1,565 nt of DNA from Escherichia coli (GTDB lineage Bacteria; Pseudomonadota; Gammaproteobacteria; Enterobacterales; Enterobacteriaceae): NCBI RefSeq assembly GCF_024223415.1, contig NZ_CP100510.1, one strand, 5' to 3'. A program made the position numbers and the translations under genes. Positions within the stretch are counted from its first letter, which is position 1. Each line of letters starts with the position of its first letter. Of the stretch, positions 1-1,565 are shown piece after piece. Below the pieces are notes generated by a model, which searched no databases, was not told where the DNA came from, and was given only the letters and a program-made list of their open reading frames with translations.

Positions 1-585
1 ATGTGCAAATGTAATACCGTCACCCGCGACGATATTCCGTTTGCCATCTGGTCAGGGCTTCGCCCCGACACCCCGCATCAGTGCGTACGTGCTCAATGTG
101 GTTTCCGGTTCTCTTCCGCTTCCTCGCCCACTCGCTCACTAACGTTCGGTCGCTGGGGCTGCGGCGAGCGGTGCCACCTCTCGCATGTTGTCGGTGATTC
201 CGCTGTTGTTCTTTCGGGGATAAGTCGTCAGATAGCCCTTCAAACGCGCTCAGAAGCTCTCAGACGCACGAAACGGGGTTTAAATGCCCGTCAGGGCATG
301 GAAGGCGCGAAAAACGCTTACAGAGCGTTTCAGGAGGTCAGGCGCGCCGATACCCCTAGCCAGGGGCTTTCAGGTCGCCAGGAACCGCGCCAGCCCCCTG
401 CAAAGCCCATTTGCACGGTACAGGCAGCCACTCGGTTGGTAGGTGGTCGTAGACCGTCGGTGTTACAGCGATGGGGGTCTGGGGTTCTCCCCAGACGGTT
501 TCCGGTTGCGCTCAAGGCGCTGCCGGAACCGTGGCGGCTCGATCGTTCTGGAGATCGGGGAGCAAAAACACGCAAGGGATTTTGA
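1..585 (+). CDS. Longest ORF (194 codons), of doubtful coding status; hypothetical protein only if real
   Basis: An ATG at position 1 opens a frame that runs to TGA at 583-585. Against coding: the product is Arg/Gly/Ser/Pro-rich and low in complexity. It uses many rare codons (aga, agg, ata, cta, cgg). It also runs straight across blocks that are non-coding in ColE1-family plasmids (111-172) and across the stem-loop cluster at 477-559. It is listed only because gene callers may report it. Confidence 0.15.
   Translation: MCKCNTVTRDDIPFAIWSGLRPDTPHQCVRAQCGFRFSSASSPTRSLTFGRWGCGERCHLSHVVGDSAVVLSGISRQIALQTRSEALRRTKRGLNARQGMEGAKNAYRAFQEVRRADTPSQGLSGRQEPRQPPAKPICTVQAATRLVGGRRPSVLQRWGSGVLPRRFPVALKALPEPWRLDRSGDRGAKTRKGF
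50..74. repeat. Perfect 25-bp inverted copy of the oriT-proximal hairpin element (partner at 1386-1410)
   Basis: ggtcagggcttcgccccgacacccc (50-74) is the exact reverse complement of ggggtgtcggggcgaagccctgacc (1386-1410). Identity stops on both sides. Confidence 0.9.
111..172. other. ColE1-type conserved block downstream of oriT (region of the primosome-assembly / single-strand initiation hairpins in ColE1-family plasmids)
   Basis: ctcttccgcttcctcgc (111-127) and ggctgcggcgagcggt (157-172) are identical to the pBR322/pUC strings ctcttccgcttcctcgc...ggctgcggcgagcggt. The interior is similar but diverged. A long-range stem pairs 116-119 plus 124-128 with 163-171, leaving a 4-nt bulge. Assignment as a pas/ssi site relies on homology of position in ColE1 and is not demonstrated here. 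Confidence 0.4.
477..559. other. Three adjacent stem-loops (RNAI/RNAII-like fold) in the part of the ColE1-like backbone where antisense copy-control RNAs would map
   Basis: SL-A pairs 477-484 with 489-496 (8 bp, loop ttct). SL-B pairs 497-511 with 517-530 (one bulge, one mismatch, one T-G, loop tcaag). SL-C pairs 538-544 with 553-559 (7 bp including one T-G, 8-nt loop). The two T-G pairs would be G-U only in plus-sense RNA. I could not identify a clear promoter or T-run terminator on either strand. Confidence 0.25.
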
Positions 586-622
586 GGCGGCAAAAGAGCA
601 ATGCAGGATAGACAACCCGATG

Positions 623-640
623 TCAAATGTTAACATTTGA
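623..640. repeat. 18-bp perfect palindrome tcaaatgttaacatttga
   Basis: Every position from 623 to 640 pairs with its mirror position, and the centre is GTTAAC. It lies in the intergenic gap between the ColE1-like region and the 3' end of rep. On the minus strand, TTGACA (complement of 621-626) overlaps its edge. Confidence 0.9.
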
Positions 641-651
641 ATCAGATTGTC

Positions 652-668
652 CAAAAACGGGGTTTTTG
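652..668 (-). terminator. Weak hairpin downstream of the rep stop codon (possible rep terminator)
   Basis: caaaaac-ggg-gtttttg (652-658 paired with 662-668) lies ~20 nt past the rep stop in the minus direction. The stem is almost all A-T and no separate T-run follows, so it is a poor canonical terminator. Confidence 0.25.
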
Positions 669-686
669 CCTGTGCCTGCCGCTGGC

Positions 687-1166
687 TCAATTTGAAAACA
701 TGGCCATGATTCGGCGCTGAATATCACCGTCTTTGTTGACCAGTGTTTTAGTGACAAACGCCGCGTAGTTTTTAGATGTGTTGTATCCCTTCCAGACTTC
801 ATGTGGATCGAGTGCATACGCACAAACCTTACCAGCAACAGGAATTCTGACTAACGCGTTTTTTGATTCTAAGTAGTTGAGCCAGCGCTTAATTGTGCTT
901 CGGCTAACACCCAATTTATCTGCTAAAAACTGCTGATCGGCAACAACAGCACCGCATGAGGGATCTATGTGCTCAGCTAAAAACGAGTAAAGCGGTATTG
1001 CTACAACTCCCTGCTTGTCCTTCGACAGTTCTCGGATCCTTTCCCAGCCCTTCTGATAAACCTGGGTGAATGGGCCGTTATTTTTCGGATCTGATTCCGA
1101 TTCTTTGTTTAATTTTTCCAGTTCTTTTAGACGCTTTTTTCGCTGCTCTTCAGTCCCGATATACAT
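687..1166 (-). CDS. repA: Small plasmid replication-initiator-like DNA-binding protein (159 aa, helix-turn-helix, RepA-type)
   Basis: Complete ORF with ATG at 1166-1164 and TGA at 689-687. GGAG (complement of 1174-1177) lies 7 nt upstream of the ATG. Residues ~80-101 (FLADKLGVSRSTIKRWLNYLES, nt ~864-929) fit a classic HTH pattern (G-V-S-x-x-T-I-x-R-W). The N-terminus is Lys/Glu-rich (EEQRKKRLKELEKLNKESE). It is the only ORF with ordinary amino-acid composition, and it sits directly downstream of iteron-like repeats in a tiny plasmid-like sequence. The Rep function and the repA symbol are inferred from context and from recollection of pKL1-type plasmids, not from a search. Confidence 0.8.
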   Translation of the reverse strand: MYIGTEEQRKKRLKELEKLNKESESDPKNNGPFTQVYQKGWERIRELSKDKQGVVAIPLYSFLAEHIDPSCGAVVADQQFLADKLGVSRSTIKRWLNYLESKNALVRIPVAGKVCAYALDPHEVWKGYNTSKNYAAFVTKTLVNKDGDIQRRIMAMFSN

Positions 1167-1173
1167 GGTAAAT

Positions 1174-1177
1174 CTCC
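1174..1177 (-). promoter_or_regulatory. Shine-Dalgarno (GGAG) of the rep CDS
   Basis: The minus strand reads ccgtGGAGatttaccATG, with 7-nt spacing to the start codon. Confidence 0.7.
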
Positions 1178-1185
1178 ACGGTCTA

Positions 1186-1237
1186 ATGATGGCTCAAATA
1201 TAAGCCATCATAGCTCAAACGTAAACCATGATAGGTC
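1186..1237. repeat. Three phased ATSATRGSTC boxes (1186, 1207, 1228; 21-bp period), with boxes 1 and 2 also forming a 9-bp inverted repeat; candidate Rep operator
   Basis: The boxes are atgatggctc (1186-1195), atcatagctc (1207-1216) and atgataggtc (1228-1237), starting exactly 21 bp apart. atgatggct (1186-1194) is the perfect reverse complement of agccatcat (1203-1211). The boxes bracket the predicted -35 and -10 of rep. Confidence 0.6.
1197..1225 (-). promoter_or_regulatory. Candidate sigma70 promoter for rep (-35 TTTACG, 17-nt spacer, -10 TATATT)
   Basis: The minus strand reads TTTACG (complement of 1220-1225), then 17 nt, then TATATT (complement of 1197-1202). The -10 lies about 30 nt upstream of the rep ATG. 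It sits in the 8-nt spacer of the 9-bp inverted repeat at 1186-1194/1203-1211. Confidence 0.5.
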
Positions 1238-1241
1238 GACC

Positions 1242-1292
1242 TAGCTCACACATGCGTGAGCTAACCTTAGACCACACATGCGTGAGCTAACC
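1242..1292. repeat. Iteron-like repeats: two perfect 20-bp direct repeats, the first extended into a 22-bp near-palindrome
   Basis: cacacatgcgtgagctaacc occurs at 1247-1266 and again at 1273-1292 (20/20 identical, 26-bp period). tagctcac (1242-1249) pairs perfectly with gtgagcta (1256-1263) around acatgc. The half-site TGAGCTA/TAGCTCA recurs at 1211-1217, 1242-1248, 1257-1263 and 1283-1289, with a related tagctaa at 1304-1310. Confidence 0.75.
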
Positions 1293-1293
1293 C

Positions 1294-1350
1294 ATAATGC
1301 AAGTAGCTAAAAAATCAATAACTTACAAAATCGCCCTTAAATATCTTTTC
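1294..1350. other. A+T-rich tract flanking the iterons, with an IHF-consensus core; candidate unwinding region of the vegetative origin
   Basis: G+C is about one quarter by hand count, versus roughly 60% in 61-180. AATCAATAACTTA at 1313-1325 matches WATCAANNNNTTR at every specified position and is preceded by an A6 run. No convincing DnaA box was found. Confidence 0.35.
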
Positions 1351-1355
1351 TGCTG

Positions 1356-1385
1356 AAAGTGTTGCGCAAAGCGGAACACTTTTTT
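1356..1385 (+). terminator. Rho-independent terminator-like hairpin, plus-strand orientation
   Basis: Stem 1359-1367 pairs with 1371-1379 (gtgttgcgc / gcggaacac, one G-G mismatch at 1364/1374), with an AAA loop. Six T residues follow immediately (1380-1385). On the minus strand only three T would follow, so the orientation is plus. Confidence 0.6.
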
Positions 1386-1450
1386 GGGGTGTCGGGGCGA
1401 AGCCCTGACCCAGTCACGTAGCGATAGCGGAGTGTATACTGGCTTACTCC
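1386..1450. other. ColE1/pMB1-type origin of transfer (bom/oriT) with conserved nic motif
   Basis: gggtgtcggggcgaagccctgacccagtcacgtagcgatagcggagtgtatactggcttac is nearly identical to the pBR322/p15A bom segment as I remember it (gggtgtcggggcgcagccatgacccagtcacgtagcgatagcggagtgtatactggctta). cagtcacgtagcgatagcggagtgtatactggctta is unchanged. By homology to the CTGG|CTTA nic I recall, the nick would fall between 1442 and 1443. An imperfect hairpin is present at gtcggggc-gaa-gccctgac (1391-1409). Confidence 0.7.
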
Positions 1451-1565
1451 TCTGCAAGCCTTACCAGCTGTGATTTTTGCCAGATTTCACGCTCTCAACG
1501 TTCAACAGCTCCATCATGGTTTTGCCGTCCGTTCACCGCTAAAACGCCTCAGAAATCGGGACAGG

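Noticed and set aside
80-90. agtgcgtacgt resembles the XerC arm of cer (ggtgcgtacaa, 8/11). acatggtaaat at 1163-1173 resembles the XerD arm (ttatggtaaat, 9/11).
   Set aside because: The two half-sites are over 1 kb apart, and neither has a matching partner arm at 6-8 nt spacing (best 3/11). The second half-site is simply the rep start-codon region. There is no functional cer/dif-type site.
271-281. aaacggggttt recurs at 271-281 and within 655-665 (aaaaacggggttttt at 653-667)
   Set aside because: This is an 11-nt low-complexity A-run / G-run / T-run match. It is plausibly coincidental and has no supporting context.
330-626. 98-aa minus-strand ORF
   Set aside because: It lies wholly inside the G+C-rich ColE1-like region and overlaps three other ORFs. 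The product is Arg/Pro/Ser/Gly-rich and low in complexity, and no SD is evident. It is most likely a compositional artefact.
443-640. 65-aa plus-strand ORF
   Set aside because: It runs through the triple stem-loop cluster and the 18-bp palindrome, has no SD, and is Arg/Gly-rich. It is probably spurious.
647-655. DnaA-box-like 9-mers: ttgtccaaa (647-655) and tgtggatcg (802-810, complement sense)
   Set aside because: Each matches TTATCCACA at only 7/9 and breaks the relaxed TTWTNCACA consensus. One lies inside the rep CDS, and neither is near the iterons.
463-690. 75-aa minus-strand ORF
   Set aside because: It overlaps the rep stop codon region and the structured non-coding region. It has no SD or recognisable motif. 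It is probably spurious.
623-838. 71-aa minus-strand ORF
   Set aside because: It overlaps the 3' third of the well-supported rep CDS on the same strand in a different frame. It has no independent start signals.
1247-1292. The two 20-bp direct repeats read as a CRISPR array
   Set aside because: There are only two copies separated by 6 bp, they sit immediately upstream of a rep gene, and they have internal dyad symmetry. This is iteron architecture and not a repeat-spacer array.
50-1410. The 25-bp inverted repeats read as terminal inverted repeats of a MITE or IS-like element
   Set aside because: No flanking direct (target-site) duplication exists for either possible element (50-1410, or 1386 through the junction to 74). 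There is no transposase. One copy is homologous to native ColE1 bom sequence, so duplication of an oriT element explains the repeats better.
1461-1517. 18-codon minus-strand mini-ORF (MMELLNVESVKSGKNHSW) next to nic. If the sequence is circular, a 32-codon ORF starting at the complement of 45-47 ends in an ATGA overlap with it.
   Set aside because: Both are very short, the upstream ORF has no SD, and the 18-codon ORF has only a weak GGA-type one. ORFs of this size arise readily by chance. They would be worth revisiting only if conserved in relatives.

Overview
The window looks like all or most of a very small (~1.5 kb) enterobacterial cryptic plasmid. It does not look like a chromosomal segment. 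There is one convincing gene, a 159-aa helix-turn-helix protein on the minus strand (687-1166). It has a good Shine-Dalgarno, a plausible sigma70 promoter and a dense stack of repeats immediately upstream (1183-1350). The repeats are three 21-bp-phased ATSATRGSTC boxes over the promoter, two perfect 20-bp direct repeats, a 22-bp near-palindrome, and an A+T-rich tract with an exact IHF-consensus core. This is the layout of a Rep/iteron theta replicon, and from memory it resembles pKL1-type 1.5-kb E. coli plasmids; I cannot verify that here. The rest of the window (1386-1565 and 1-600) is G+C-rich and probably non-coding. It carries blocks I recognise from the ColE1/pMB1/p15A backbone. One is a near-identical bom/oriT segment with the ..GTATACTGG|CTTA.. 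nic motif (1386-1448). Another is the CTCTTCCGCTTCCTCGC...GGCTGCGGCGAGCGGT block (111-172). Weaker patches occur in the region that would correspond to RNAI/RNAII. No relaxase, rom, resistance, toxin, tRNA/rRNA, CRISPR or IS element is visible. The points most worth follow-up are listed here. (1) A Rep/iteron module sits inside a shortened, colinear ColE1-like backbone. (2) The oriT has no relaxase gene. (3) A perfect 25-bp inverted copy of the oriT-proximal hairpin lies at 50-74. (4) An intrinsic terminator (1356-1385) has no gene to terminate. (5) There is an 18-bp perfect palindrome at 623-640. I see no evidence for a novel multi-gene system, and at most one real protein appears to be encoded.
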